64,000 nucleotides of DNA from Squalus acanthias (taxonomy: Eukaryota). Positions 37,196 to 48,278 of this stretch are shown here, one piece after another. The stretch covers positions 145,392,001 through 145,456,000 of the forward strand of contig CM059432.1 of the NCBI GenBank assembly GCA_030390025.1, in the 5' to 3' direction. How positions within the stretch are numbered: the stretch's first letter is position 1; the number at the start of each line of letters is the position of its first letter. A program made the position numbers and the translations under genes. The notes under the pieces are model-generated. The model was given only the letters and a program-made list of their open reading frames with translations. It was not told the origin of the DNA and ran no database searches.

Positions 37196-37950
37196 AAAAA
37201 AAGAAAGACTTGCATTTATATAGCGCCTTTCATGATCTCCGGACGTCCCAAAGTGCTTTACAGCCAATGAAGTACTTTTGAAGTGAAGTAACTGTTGTAA
37301 TGTAGGAAATGCGGCAGCCAATTTTCTCACAGCAAGCTCCCACAAACAGCAATGTGATAATGACCAGAAAATCTGTTTTTTTAGTGATATTGATTGAGGG
37401 ATAAATATTAGCCAGGACACCCGGGATAACTCTCCTGCACTTCTTCGAAATATTGCCATGGGATCTTTTCCGTCCACCTGAGAGGGCAGACAGGGCCTCA
37501 GTTTAACGTCTTAACCTCAGCGGCAGCACTCCCTATTTATATAGTCTCTCATTCTGCCAGCATTTCACACTTCACACTTCTGAGCCACCTTTTGTTTCTT
37601 AACCTGTCCTATTACCATCTCATCTTGCCTTGAGCATCTCTTAATGTCTCTACTTACCATAGACTACCCCTTTTGTTCTTTTATTCCTCCTCCCAGCCTC
37701 CCCCTTGCTTTTTTATCTGTTTCATTTCCTGCTTTTTTCTCAGTTCTGACGAAGGGTTTCGACCTGAAACGTTAACTCTGTTTCTCTCTCCACGGATGTT
37801 GCCTGGCCTGCTGAGTTTTTCCAGCGTTTTCTGTTGTTCCCTCAGTACTACACTGGAGTGTCAGCTTAGATTTTGTGTTCAAGTCTCTGGAGTGGGGCTT
37901 GAACCCATGACTTTCTGACTCAGAGGTGAGAGTGCTACCAACTGAGCCAC
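37196..37950 (-). mobile_element. tRNA-headed Deu-domain SINE (SacSINE1/AmnSINE-like), interrupted at 37535-37838
   Basis: Head tggctcagttggtagc...ggttcaagcccc (A/B boxes); body aaaagatcccatggc...gggagcttgctgtg..aaattggctgccgc; tail aggcgctatataaatgcaag. Confidence 0.75.
37535..37838 (+). mobile_element. Non-autonomous Penelope-related short element with hammerhead motif (37742-37777)
   Basis: AGTT-CTGACGA-agggtttcgacct-GAAA-C-GTT-AACT; short ccct duplication; same 3' end as 21461-21799. Confidence 0.72.
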
Positions 37951-38347
37951 TGCTGAGAAGAGAATTTGATAGTTCCTTTTATACTGTTCCTAATAAGTGT
38001 AATATATATGCTGATGTGCCAAGGTATTAATGAACACAGTTCTAGGTATTCCATTAAAAAAAAACATGGATTTTAAGGAGACAATTTTTAAGTTTGTTTA
38101 AATTAAATGACTGTATTAATTATGCAAATTATGCACAATTCATTTTTATTATTCCATGGAATAGAAGAAAGACTAATGGGTCTGTAGTTGCCTCTGTCTG
38201 TTTTGTTCCCCTTTTGACTATGGGCATCACATTATGTCCTGTTTCTAATCTACTGGCAAATCACCAGTGTCCTATGATTCCCTCATAATCAATGTCAATG
38301 CATCACATATCTCCTTCCTTGCCTCTCTCGGCTCTCTGGGATAAATA

Positions 38348-38616
38348 CAACAACAACATGCATTTATATAGTGCCTTTAATGTAATAAAACGTCCCAAGA
38401 CGCTTCACAGGAGCGTTATCAAACAAAATTTGACACCGAGCCACATAAGGAGATATTAGGACAGGTGACCAAAAGCTTGGTCAAAGAGATAGGTTTAAGG
38501 AGCACCTTTAAAGGAAGAGAGAGGTAGAGAGGCGGGAAGATTTAGAGAGGGAATTTCAGAGCTTAGGACCTAGGCAGCTGCAAGCATGGCCGCCAATGGT
38601 GGAGCAATTAAAATCG
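38348..38616 (-). mobile_element. L2-like LINE 3' end fragment
   Basis: Tail similar to the SINE tail at 37200-37260 with (gtt)n end. Confidence 0.55.
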
Positions 38617-39542
38617 GGTTTTTCTTCTTTATTTCACTTTTAATTTGGTTGTTAATCCATTTAGAGTCATGTTTGTGTTTTCCGAGCTTGTCGGTTTTCG
38701 GACTGTATTTATTCTGTATGTGTAAAGCTGTACCACTTGTCCTCTACTGAAGTGTTGCGGAGCAACCTACACATTTGCTTTAGTAGTTCTTTCATTTCTT
38801 TGAATTTAGTCCTTTTAAGTTTATATATTTGACTCCTGGTCTTAGATGTATCTGACTCCCACATCACATTGAACTTGATCATTCTGTGGTGGCTATCTCC
38901 TGGGGGTATTATGACTTATATTCCTTATATGATGCCTGAGTTGTTTACGAATACCTGATCTGAGGTAGATCGTTAAAGAGGAAGGGAATGCGACCGGGTG
39001 GGGAGTGACCAGGAGAGGGGGGTGATCGGGAGGAGGGTGACCAGGAGAGGGGGCAATGAACTGGGACGCGTGAGTGGGACAATCAGTCAATCGGGTAGGG
39101 GCGAGAGGTGGCCAGCAGTGGCCCGCAGTTTTAATGTGGGATTCTCCCAACTCCACATTCAGGTCAGTATGCTTTACAAACTTATCTCTTTAGTGGCGGC
39201 TTGCAGTGGTCCCTTTAAGGACCGCTGGTTAAGCCACATGTAGACTTGGTTTTCCTGAATGCAGCCAACCTGGCGCTAGCTGCATTCAGGGCAACCTAAT
39301 TTTGCATTGGGGGCCTCAAAAAGGTGTTAGGCCCTTATATGCATAAGCAAAGGAGCTGTGTTTCAGGTGCGGGCCCTGGACACCTATTTTGCTCCCTACA
39401 CCAATATGGCAGGCAGCACACTTCCAGCTAGTAATGAGCACATCCTTCCTCCCCGCCATATGGAGGCTTAAGTGCCTGTTTAGTGCCCAAAAACAGCTCT
39501 GGTAAATTTCTAGACCCATAAGTATACTGGAAAATATTTATT

Positions 39543-40989
39543 GGCCTGGAATTTGCAGTCAGCAGCGAAGCAAAGGTGTTTGCTGCCTGCCCCGAAGAAA
39601 GGTGCCCACAAAGATCTTGTGATCTCTGTGGCGAAAAGTTTGCCTTTTTCGACATGCAATTGAGATCAGTGTAGGATAGTGGGGATCCCTAATGCGATGC
39701 TGCTCAGATGTCAACAAGCTGTCTAAGCAGCCAATCACAATGCAGAATTCTCACAGACAGGGAACCAGGAAATGAAGAAATGCTTAACTTGGACTTTTAA
39801 ATTTTTTTACAGAGAGCAAAACAAAGATTGGGGCTCTCACATGGGGAAAAGGTAAACCTGAAATAAATATGAACAAATTTTTAAAAAATATAGGGGGAAA
39901 AATTCGGTTGCTTTGCACCTCCCGTTAGTGCCCTGAGGGGGTGCTAACAGGGCGCAAAGCAACTGGCGCCGGGCACGTCGCCACTAACGCCTCCCGCTAA
40001 ATTCAGCGGGAGGTTAGCGGCGGCAGTAGCTGGTAGCACCCCGCGGCGCTGCGCCTCAGGCAATGACGTCATCGCCATGCGCAGCGCCCCGCTCGCGCCC
40101 CAGCCACAAATTTGGCTCGCGTCCCTATACCTACCGCCAGACGCTATGTCCGACAGGGTCAGGGGGGCGTTTTTGCAGCCGGGGCAGCGATAATTAAAGG
40201 GCAGGTGCCAGACGGCCATTTTTTTTGGGTCGCCTGCCAGCACCTGCCCCCTCTGGCTTCCTGCTGCGGGGTCCTCTTGAGTGCCGGGCTCTTTTGCCGG
40301 CACCCCGCTCCCTGGTGGCCCAGCAGGGCCCAGGTGCGCGCTGTGCTAGGCCCCTCCCCTTTAATCAGGGTGTAGCACCGCGATATTCAATGGGAGCGCC
40401 CCAAGAGGGAGGGGGAGCACTTCCAGTAGCGCTCTGCCTCCTGCTTGGGGCGCTACCATTGAATTTCAGGCATGGGGGCACTAACTTTTTTGGGGCGCTA
40501 AAAGTAGTGCCCCGGCGAAGTTATCACCCCAAAGGAGGCGCGAGCAAATTTTCCCCCCAATAATTTTTTTCTAAGTTTCTTAAAAATTTAATTTTTATCA
40601 TAATGGAGAAATTTGACACTCCACAAAATTAAAATTAGTTTTTCAGGGCCATAACATTTGTTTAGCAGTCAATATGCTGTTAACTCTCCAGTTACACCTA
40701 ATCCAACAAGGCCTAACTTTTAAAGGGGTATTTAACAGCGATATTACCGCAGAAAAGCCCAAGTTTTCGTCAGTTTCTCTGATTTCACTGATTACACTGA
40801 TTGCCGGCTATAGGGGTGGGGAGGGCCACAGCGCAGCCAGTGTCTGAGCAGTGAATGACTGACCGCAACTTCAGGATTTCCGCGTTTAGATACACATGCG
40901 CAACATCCTGAAGTTGTGGTCAGTTTCAATGGGGTAATAACAGCGAACGCTGTTAGTTCACCGTTATTACCAGCCGCAAATTGCGGGCC
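39543..40989. mobile_element. Harbinger-type MITE hosting a second MITE
   Basis: Imperfect TIR ggcctggaatttgc / gcaaattgcgggcc, TSD ATT. Confidence 0.7.
39893..40558 (+). mobile_element. GC-rich Harbinger MITE related to the 14392 element ends
   Basis: gggggaaaaattcggttgc...cctcccgttag start, aattttcccccc end. Confidence 0.8.
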
Positions 40990-41340
40990 ATTATTTTGTA
41001 TCCCTTATCTCTGAAAAGTTTAAACAAAGAAAAAATATATACCTACTAATTGAAACACTTTAAAAAATGCTCAAAACCAACATCGAGCATTTCCTGGTTG
41101 CACCAAAACTTCATAAAATTACATAGTATTTACATCACAGAAACAGGCCATTCGTCCAACTGGTCTATGCTAGTGTTTATGCTCCACACGAGCCTCCTCC
41201 CACCCTTCTTCATCTAACCCCATCAACATAACCTTCTATTCCTTTCTCCCTCATGTACTTATCTAGCTTCCCTTTTGTGATTTTAAGCAAATACTGTACA
41301 TTATCTCTGCTGTCATTACTCTATGTTACTTATTGCCTAC

Positions 41341-41492
41341 CTCTGTATTCTCGTACAGCATCAGGTTTAATTGCCACCAATGTGTGTTCAAGAGGGAAGA
41401 AATATCGCAACTCTTTCATTGCAATTTTATTGTTACTACTCCCATGTAGCTGGTTAAATGGAACATCTTCTACTGCAAATCTTGCACGTAGG
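41341..41492 (-). CDS. NME8: NME8-like exon: end of NDK domain 2 / start of domain 3
   Basis: ag|C LRARFAVEDVPFNQLHGSSNNKIAMKELRYFFPLEHTLVAIKPDAVREYR G|gtagg; 152 bp. Confidence 0.93.
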
Positions 41493-41629
41493 CTAAAAAA
41501 TAGAACAAGGAGTACAGATGTAAATATCTTGGTCCAGAATTTACTGAAACGGCATAACCGGCAAGTTATGCTGAAATTTATGCCGATCTTCCCATTGGTG
41601 AGTTATGCCAAAATTTCCGGAGACTCTCA

Positions 41630-41960
41630 TTAGCCTATGAAAATTGCAGCTTGTGGAAGACTGGATGTCAGACAAGCAGTCTAACAGAGGCATTGGAAGG
41701 GACAAGAGATGATTGCAGAGCATACAAATGAGGAAGAGGAAGGGGCCAAGGATAGATCCTTGGGGGACTCTAGAGCTATGGGTGTGAGAGTGGGAAGAGA
41801 AGTAATTGCTAGATATGCTCTGGCTATGATTGGATAAATAAAAGTGGAGCAAGCAAGGGCAGTCCTATTGAGCTGGACAGTGGAGAAGAGGCATTGGAGG
41901 AGGATGATTGACCATACAACCATGGATGTCAATGACTGTAGACAGGTCAAGGAGGATGAG
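41630..41960 (-). mobile_element. Degenerate L2-like RT fragment
   Basis: VPQGSILGPFLFLI motif in ORF 41541-41852. Confidence 0.6.
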
Positions 41961-42692
41961 GAGGGAAAATGCCCGATGGTCATAGTACAGGCCCTGCGTG
42001 GTGAGCGGAGGTCCGGGCCCTGCATGGTGGGCAGGGGTCCAGGCCCTGTGTGGTGGGTGGGGGATCCGTGCCCTGCGTGGTAGGTGGAGATCAGGATTCA
42101 GCCTGAAAGGTTTCAGGGTCTGGATTCGCTTGGGGGACAGAAATCTGGGTGCATCCAGGATGTTGCGAGGGTCTCACGCTTGAGCGGTGGGAGCCCGGGA
42201 CAGTAGAGGCCTGAGCCTTCCTTGCAGGGCCCAGGGGGGCACTGCTGATCCCCTGGAACCCACTAAGGAAAGTTTTAAAACTCTACAGGTTCACCTGGCG
42301 GGAAATGGAGCCGCTCCATTTTAGCTGCTCTGTTAATCCAGGAGAGTTGAAATTGTCCTGTAAAGAATCAGCTTTGCATAAGAAATAATCTTAATTTATG
42401 AAATAGGTTAAAAAACACATTTTGGTGTTTAGACATGTAAACCATAAGGGGAGACTGGAATGCCTATTGGAAAGCAAATCAGGGTCAACTTTATTATTCT
42501 CCCTGATCTTTTTTGATTTCTACCACTATGTAGCTGATCAGTAAGACATAGATCTGATCAATAATGGCACACACCAGACATATTATGCAGACATACAAGC
42601 TCACAAGTATACTTATCTGATCTTTCTGTCAGTTAGAGAGGTATAGGAAATATGAATCACTGTAGTAATCACAAAACATGTAATCATCTGAC

Positions 42693-42800
42693 CTTAATGG
42701 ATATTCCTGCTTTGCTTGCTCGACGTCATGAGGTCCCAGTAAGTTTCTCCAATGTTTTATTGCATTGTCTCTAGACAAAGCTAACACCAATATTGGACCA
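42693..42800 (-). CDS. NME8: NME8-like exon: NDK domain 2
   Basis: ag|T GPILVLALSRDNAIKHWRNLLGPHDVEQAKQEYPL AG|gtcaga; 108 bp. Confidence 0.92.
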
Positions 42801-43949
42801 CTGTAACACAGGCAAGTTAAAAAATAACTCCACTCTTTGACCTTCAGGAATAAAAAAAAAACCAACATATTAATTAGTCCTTTAGATTCACTAAGTTGAT
42901 GCCAGGAATGAACTTTAGTTATGTGGACAGACTAGAGAAACTGGGGTCCCTGTCATTAAAGAAAAGATTAAGAGGAGATTTGATATAGATATTGAAAATG
43001 ATAAAGAATTTTAATAAGGTAAATAGAGAAAAACTATTTTCACCTAGTCAGCGAGTAGGTAACTAGAGGGTATAATTTTAAGAACTAAAAAGAATGAATG
43101 AAGACATTAGGAGAATTTTTTTATTCAGAGGATTGTTAGGTCATGGAATGGTGGAAGCTCTTTCAGAGAACTGGCACAGACAAAGTGGTTGAATAGTATC
43201 CTCCTATGCTGTAAAATTCTGATATAATATATAGGGCACAAAAATACCGATAGCTTTTGACATCAATTATCATTCTTCAAGAATGAATACTTCAGGTATG
43301 ATAATGGATAAGTCATGAAACTTTTTAAAGGTAGAATCCATGTGATTATCTCTTACCCTGCTCAAAAAAATAGTTCCCTCATTCCATCATCATCACCATC
43401 CCGGCCATCGTTTGACCACATAAATCATGTTTATTCTAAGAGCATCACGAGGTTAAACAATAAAAATAATTTATATATAGTATATATATATCATGGCATT
43501 ACTCATGGGTAATCCAGGATATGTGCCATAAAGGAGTTAGGTGGGAAATGGAGTACGAGAAGAATGGATAATGTAACATGGGACCAGAGAGCATAGCACT
43601 TGGATGGAGTTAAAGCTGGAGCAGGTGCTGGGCTTGAGTTGAAGCAGGGATGGAGTGGGTTTGGTTTCTATTATGTGGCAACTGGGAGGAGCAAAATCTG
43701 AAGCTTAATGCAAACAAAGGCATTTCTGGTGGAGCGGCTGGGAGCTGTGGCATTCCCAGATCTAAACATGGGAAGTGGATATGTTACTGAGGACGAGGAT
43801 GGGAGTAGAGGTGCTCCTGGCAGCTGAGGTACGCATGCATCAAGCAAGTGACAAATGCTATGTTTACAAGGAGCAATACGCTATCACTTTTTCTGTTGAA
43901 AGAAGGCATCAAGTGGACAGGACACAGCACAGGACAGGAAGAAGTCCTT

Positions 43950-44340
43950 TAATTGGAAGACAATGTGGATGATACCTATGTAATCATCAGGAATAGCAAT
44001 GGTTTGTACTCAGCTACTCTTCAGGTGCTATCTGATCACGGAAACATTATTGTACACATCAATGGTCATTTTCCAGGAAGTAGTAATGACATGGCAATCC
44101 ATGGTGCCTGCATTTTCATAAGAACTCTGGAGGAATGGCTTTTAGGAGACCAGAGCTCACTTCATGGCTGCTGACACCACTAAGAAACCCCCTAAAAGCA
44201 AAGAGCCTGGAGCTGGAAACCTGAGTATCTGCTTGCTGTTCCATCCTCCTTCATTGCACTTCCTGCAGCAAGACCTCCAACACTTCAGCATCAAAGGAAG
44301 TGCTGTTGCTCATGTGTCTCTGCTGTACCATTGTGAACAA
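43950..44340 (+). pseudogene. Highly degraded Harbinger transposase fragment
   Basis: LQVLSDH...HFPGSSND...WLLGDQ resembles VQLVCDH...YPGSCHD...WLLGDK. Confidence 0.55.
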
Positions 44341-44353
44341 TTAGTACATTATT

Positions 44354-45598
44354 AGGAACATAGGAATAGGAGGGGGCCATTCAGCCCCATGAGCCTGTTC
44401 TACCATTCAATGAGATCATAGCTGATCTGAATCTTAACTCCATCCACCTGCCTTGGCTCCATATCCTTTTATACCCTTGTCTAGCAAAAATCTATCAATC
44501 TCAGGTTGAAAATTATTAATTGAGCTAGCAGCTACTGCTTTTTGTGGAAGATAGTTCCACACTTTGACCACTCTTTGTGTGAAGAAGTGTTTCTTAACTT
44601 CCCTCCTCAATGGCCTGGCCCTGATTTTAAGGTTATGTCCCCTTGTCCTAGACTTCCCCACCAGCGGAAAAAAGTTTCTATCTAACCTATCAATTGCTTT
44701 CAAAATCCTAAAAACCTCAATCAAATCACCTCTTAACCTTCTATATTTCAGATAATACAAGCCTAGTTTATGTAATCTCTCCTCATAATCGAACCCTTGG
44801 AGCCCTGGTGACATTCTGGTGAATCTGGGCTGCACTCCTTCCACAAGGCCAATATATCCTATCTAAGGTGCGGTGCCCAGAACTGTCTACAGTCATCCAG
44901 ATATGGTCTAACCTGGATTTTGTATAGCTGTAGAAATACTTCCTTCCCTTTATATTCTAGCCCTTGAGATATAAAGGCTAACATTCCATTAGCCTTTTTG
45001 ATTATTTTTTGTACCTGACCACTATATTTTAAATCTCTTTGGACCTCCACTATTCCTAGCTTTTCACCATTTAAATAATACTTGGATCTATCCTTTTTTG
45101 GTCCATAATGGCTCATTGAAATCCATCTGCCACAGTTTCGCCCACTCATTTTATCATTGTCGCTTTGTAATTTTATGCTCCCGTGTACTCTACTTACTGT
45201 ACAACCAATATAAGTGTCATCGGCAAACTTGGATATATGACTCTACTGTGTTATTTAAGTCATTAATAAATATAGTGAATAGTTGAGGCCCCAGTACAGA
45301 TCCTTGTGGAACACCACCAATCACTTCTTTCCAATTCGAGTACATACCCATTATCCTTACTCTCTGTCTGCCACCGCCTAACCAATCTCCTAACAAGGTC
45401 AATAATTTGCCTTCAATTCCATGAGCTTTAATTTTAGCTAATAGTCTTTTATGTGGAACCTTATTGAATGCCTTCTGGAATCTATATAAACTACATCCAG
45501 AGACATTCCCTTGTCTACTACTTTAGTTACATCCTCAAAAAAATCAATTTGGTTCTTTAGACATGACCTACCCTTTACAATTCCATGTTGGCTCTCTC
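44354..45598 (-). mobile_element. Older CR1 RT/3' fragment (upstream part resumes at approx. 46708-46766)
   Basis: ESQHGIVKGRSC, PQGSVLGPQLF, RRLRGDLIEVF motifs. Confidence 0.85.
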
Positions 45599-46707
45599 CG
45601 GAGAGCCAGCACGGATTTGTTAAGGGCAAATCGTGTTTGATGAACTTAATTGAGTTTTTTGATGAGGTAACAGAGAGGGTGGATGAGGACAGTGCAGTTG
45701 ATAGGGTATAGTGGTTATATTACTGGACTAGTAATCCAGAGGCATGGACTAATGATCCGGAGATATGAGTTCAAATCCCATCATGGCAGCTGGGGAATTT
45801 AAATTCAGCTAAATTAAATCTGGAATAAAAAGCTAGTATCAGTTATGGTGACCATGATTGTCGTAAAAATCCATCTGGTTCACTAATGTCCTTCAGGGAA
45901 GGAAATCTGCCATCCTTACCCGGTCTGGCCTACACGTGACTCCAGATCCACAGCAATGTGGTCGACTCTTAACTGCCCTCTGAATTGGCCTAGCAAGCCA
46001 CTCAGTTGTATTCAAGAAAGCGGCTCACCACCACCTTCTTGAGGACAATTAGGGATACGGAATAAATGCTGGCCTTGCTGGCGATGTCCCCATCCCATGA
46101 ATGAATAAAAATAAATGTTGTGTATATGGACTTTCAAAAGGCGTTTGATAAAGTACCACATACTAGGCTTGTTAGCAAAATTGAAGCCCGTGGAATAAGA
46201 GGGGCAGTAGCATCATGGATACAAAATTGGCTAAGGGATAAAAAACAGAGAGTTATGAATGGCTGTTTTTCGGGAGGTATACAATGGCATTACATGGATA
46301 GACTAGAGAAGCTGGGGTTGTTCTCCTTGGAGCAGAGAAGGCTAAGAGGAGATTTGATAGAGGTGTTTAAAATCATGAAGGATTTAGATAGAGTAAATAA
46401 GGAGAAACTGTTTCCAATGGCTGAAGGGTCGATAATGAGAGGGCACAGATTAAAGGTGATTGGCAAAAGAAGCAGATACGACATGAGGAAAGACGTTTTT
46501 ACGCAACGAGTGGTCAGGATTTGGAATGCACTACCTGATAGGGTGGTGGATACAGATTCAATAGTAGCCTTCAAAAGGGAATTGGATAATTACTTGAAGG
46601 AGAAAAAATTGCAGGGAGTGGGTCTAACTGGATTGCTCTTCGAAAGAGCCAGTGCAGACTCGATGGGTCGAATGGCCTCCTTCTGTGCTGTACTATTCTA
46701 TGATTCG
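45599..46707 (+). mobile_element. 5'-truncated, internally deleted CR1 copy containing a SINE
   Basis: ESQHGFVKGKSC, DFQKAFDKVPH, RRLRGDL; (ctatgatt) tail. Confidence 0.85.
45703..46114 (+). mobile_element. tRNA-headed SINE whose body and tail match the 5' and 3' ends of LINE A
   Basis: Head tagtggtta...gagttcaaatccca; 45882-46010 matches the reverse complement of 25212-25340; 46011-46100 matches the reverse complement of 9190-9285. Confidence 0.8.
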
Positions 46708-46766
46708 AATCTGCTCAAATTTCTCTAAGTGCTCAGTCACTCTGTACTTAAACATTGATTCCAATA

Positions 46767-47960
46767 GCTTCTTGAGTGTTGTTGGAGCTGCACTCATCCA
46801 GGCAAGTGGAGAGTATTCCATCACACTCCTTAGATGGTGGAAAGGCTTTGGGGAGTCAGGAGGTGGGGGATATGATGATGGAAATGCCATTGAATGTCAA
46901 GGGGTGGTGGTTAGACTTTTTCTTGTTGGAGATGGTCATCGCCTGGCACTTGTGTGGTATGAATGTTACTTGCCACTTATCAGCCCAAGCCTGAATGTTG
47001 TCCAGGTCTTGCTACATGTGGGCATGGACTGATTCATTATTTGAGGAGTTGCGAATGGAACTGAACACTGCAATCATCAGCGAACATACCCACTTCTGAC
47101 CTTATGATGGAAGGAAGGTCTTTGATGAAGCAGCTGATAATGGTTGGGCCTAGGAACTGCCCTGAGGAATTCCTGCAGCGATGTCCTGGGATGGAGATGA
47201 TTGGCCTCCCTCTTCCTTTGTGCTAGGTATGGCTCTAGCCCATGGAGAGTTTTCCCCCCCGATTCCCATTGACTTCAATTTTACTAGGAGTCCTTGAAGC
47301 CACACTCGGTCAAATGCTACTTTGATATCAAGGGCAGTCACTCTCACCTCACCTCTGGAATTCAGCTCTTTTGTCCATGTTTGGACCAAGGCTGTAATGA
47401 GGTCTGGAGCTGAGTGGTCCTGGCGGAACCCAAACTGAGCATCAGTGAGCAGGTTGTTGGTGAGTAAATGCCACTTGATAGCACTGTTGATGACACCTTC
47501 CATCACTTTGCTGATGATGATTGAGAGTAGGCTGATGGGGTAGTAATTGACTGGATTGGATTTGTCATGCTTTTTGTGGACAGGACATGCCCTGGGCAAT
47601 TTTCCACATTGTTGGGTAGATATAGCTGTACTGGAACAGCGTGGCTAGGGGCTAGTTCTGGAGCATAGGTCTTCAGCACTATAGTCACATGTTGACGGGA
47701 CTCATAGCCATACTGTGTTCATTGGACTCAGCTGTTTCTTGGTGAATCGAATTGGCTGAAGACTGGCACCTGTGATAGTGGGGACCTCAGGAAAGGCCAA
47801 GAAGGATCATTCACTTGGAACATGGTTGTGAACACTTCAGCCTTGTCTTTTGTTTTCACATGCTGAGCTCTGCCGTCATTGGGGTTGGAGATGTTCATGG
47901 AGCCTCCTCCTCCCGTTAGTTGCTTAATTGTCCACCACCATTCGCAACTCGATGTGGTAG
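46767..47960 (-). mobile_element. Degenerate LINE A-family RT fragment
   Basis: QFGFRQDHS, ALDIKVAFDRVW, IPQGS. Confidence 0.85.
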
Positions 47961-48119
47961 GGTTGTTCGTCCAGGTTTTATTCTTTTAATTGTTTTTTGT
48001 AGCGGTTTGATACAACTGAGCGGATTTGATACAAACTACCAGATTGTCGTAAAAACCCATCTGGTTCACTAATGTCCTTTAGGGAAGGAAACCGGTCTCT
48101 CCTATATGTGACTCCACAC

Positions 48120-48278
48120 CAATGTTCCCTCTAAGCTGTGTGGCCGCGCAGCTCCCTGCCGGTCCTGCACAGCCCGGGACTGGCTTTTGTAATGTTAAAT
48201 TTTGCGCATGCGCGAAACTGTGAATGGGCCACGCAGCCCCTTAAAGGGGCTGCACAAAAAAAATTACAGGGAACATTG
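48120..48278. mobile_element. 159-bp hAT-type MITE
   Basis: TIR caatgttccct / agggaacattg with perfect 8-bp TSD ctccacac; inserted in a SINE remnant. Confidence 0.88.

Noticed and set aside
37880..37950. tRNA gene
   Set aside because: A/B-box-like sequence is the head of a SINE and continues into the SINE body.
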